Source: a virus
Reading direction: 5' to 3' (one strand)
Virus record (IMG/VR): IMGVR_UViG_3300035670_000030
Coordinates: 32,001 to 96,000 of that record
Length of the DNA: 64,000 nucleotides
Part shown: piece after piece, positions 63,152 through 64,000 of the stretch
How the letters are laid out: the number at the start of each line of letters is the position of its first letter
Position numbering within the stretch: the first letter of the stretch is position 1
The notes under the pieces: generated by a model
What the model was told of the DNA's origin: nothing
The model's database searches: none
Seen by the model: only the letters and a program-made list of their open reading frames with translations
Translations under genes and position numbers: made by a program

Positions 63152-64000
63152 TTATGAATATTTATAAGTTGCTTCGTATGTTATTGTTTTGTCTGTTTCA
63201 TTTGATGAATAATTAATAGATTCTAAATATTCATCATTTCCTAATCCAGGTGTTCCACCAGCATAATTTTTAGCTTTTGTAAAATAATTCCAACTATTAA
63301 ATGTGCTAACTGTGCAACCAACTTCCATATTGACCTTAACAGTATATGTACCTTGTTTTTTTAGATCCCTATTTTGGTTTAAAGCAAATGTACGATTTGG
63401 TATAATAAAATCTTTAGTAATAGGTAGTAAACCCGTATCTGTTTTTTCTATATCTATTTTTTTAATTCCAGCGTCTGATCCATCTTTAACTGTTGGGTCA
63501 TCCGTATATGTAAAATTGTAATTAATAAAACCTTCATATTTATTACGGTTAATAGTTTTATTGATTTCCTTTAAGGTTCCTCCTATTTTATTTGTGGCTT
63601 CGTCATTGTAAAAACTAGTAACTCGACCGAATATTCCACCTTTAGCTGCATTCCATCCAATTTTAGCTTTATCATATTTATCATTTGAGCCAATTTTTCC
63701 ATTACCTTTAACAGAGCCATTCTCAGAAGCGCTCCATACTCCGTTTTCGCTTCTATCTAAATTACTTACATATTCCCAAATATAAGAAGAATTTATTTTT
63801 TTAGGGTCGTTATCAAAAGTTATCGTAAAATTTATAGTGCCATTAAACTTATTAACTTGAACAGATTTGCTAATAAATTGCTGGTTTAAGTCTGTGATAA
63901 TATTAAATTTTGTTTTATAGTTTTGGAATACGGCATTACATCTAGAATAAACACCAACTACTTGCTCGTCATATCCAGCCAGAGCATTTTCATATAGTGA
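63152..64000 (-). CDS. putative structural protein (partial, start outside window), paralogue of 61543-63150
   Basis: Open frame from 64000 to TAA at 63152 (SLYENALAGY...YEATYKYS), with VNKFNGTINF and RNKYEGFINY modules. Confidence 0.7.
   Translation of the reverse strand, partial: SLYENALAGYDEQVVGVYSRCNAVFQNYKTKFNIITDLNQQFISKSVQVNKFNGTINFTITFDNDPKKINSSYIWEYVSNLDRSENGVWSASENGSVKGNGKIGSNDKYDKAKIGWNAAKGGIFGRVTSFYNDEATNKIGGTLKEINKTINRNKYEGFINYNFTYTDDPTVKDGSDAGIKKIDIEKTDTGLLPITKDFIIPNRTFALNQNRDLKKQGTYTVKVNMEVGCTVSTFNSWNYFTKAKNYAGGTPGLGNDEYLESINYSSNETDKTITYEATYKYS

Noticed and set aside
5311-63521. Many 60-106 aa antisense or alternate-frame ORFs in the track (e.g. 5311, 7084, 15329, 22899, 35588, 52806, 63303)
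   Set aside because: They overlap well-supported genes and show no motifs
1-64000. Small-genome bacterium rather than phage
   Set aside because: No ribosomal or core cellular genes in 64 kb; phage-type replication, sigma and tail modules with many ORFans

Overview
AT-rich, densely coding segment of a large tailed dsDNA bacteriophage genome using the standard genetic code. There are no rRNA, ribosomal-protein or integrase genes in the window. Left to right it holds: a tmRNA (179-636) with an unusually long 34-aa tag; a mostly minus-strand block of small genes (2OG-Fe(II) oxygenase, phosphoesterase, AAA ATPase, HExxH proteins, SemiSWEET); three tRNAs (Leu, Ala, Val); ThyX, S8 protease, sulfotransferase, a WcbI-like protein and a MoxR-type AAA/VWA pair; a replication module (three-piece Pol III as PHP + DEDDh exonuclease + DnaE core, PD-(D/E)xK nuclease, dCMP deaminase, primase, DnaB, dNMP kinase, RecA, class II RNR); a large dispersed glycan-building set (GT2, three GT4, GT32, GT47-like, a split GT9, three methyltransferases, Gmd); a phage sigma factor next to a hairpin-rich strand-switch region; and, from 47.8 kb, a tail/virion module with poly-Ser, (Pro-Thr)n, Ser/Thr-Gly-rich and Cys-rich proteins. 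The best leads are: (1) a probable virion O-glycosylation/sulfation system targeting mucin-like tracts; (2) a two-tier, largely leaderless transcription programme (sigma70 early promoters and a GTGTAA late promoter); (3) a 24-aa helix shared under purifying selection by two virion proteins; (4) a GT9 split across two genes; (5) twin GA-sheared DNA hairpins that may mark the origin. All function calls come from motif recognition by eye; no searches were run.
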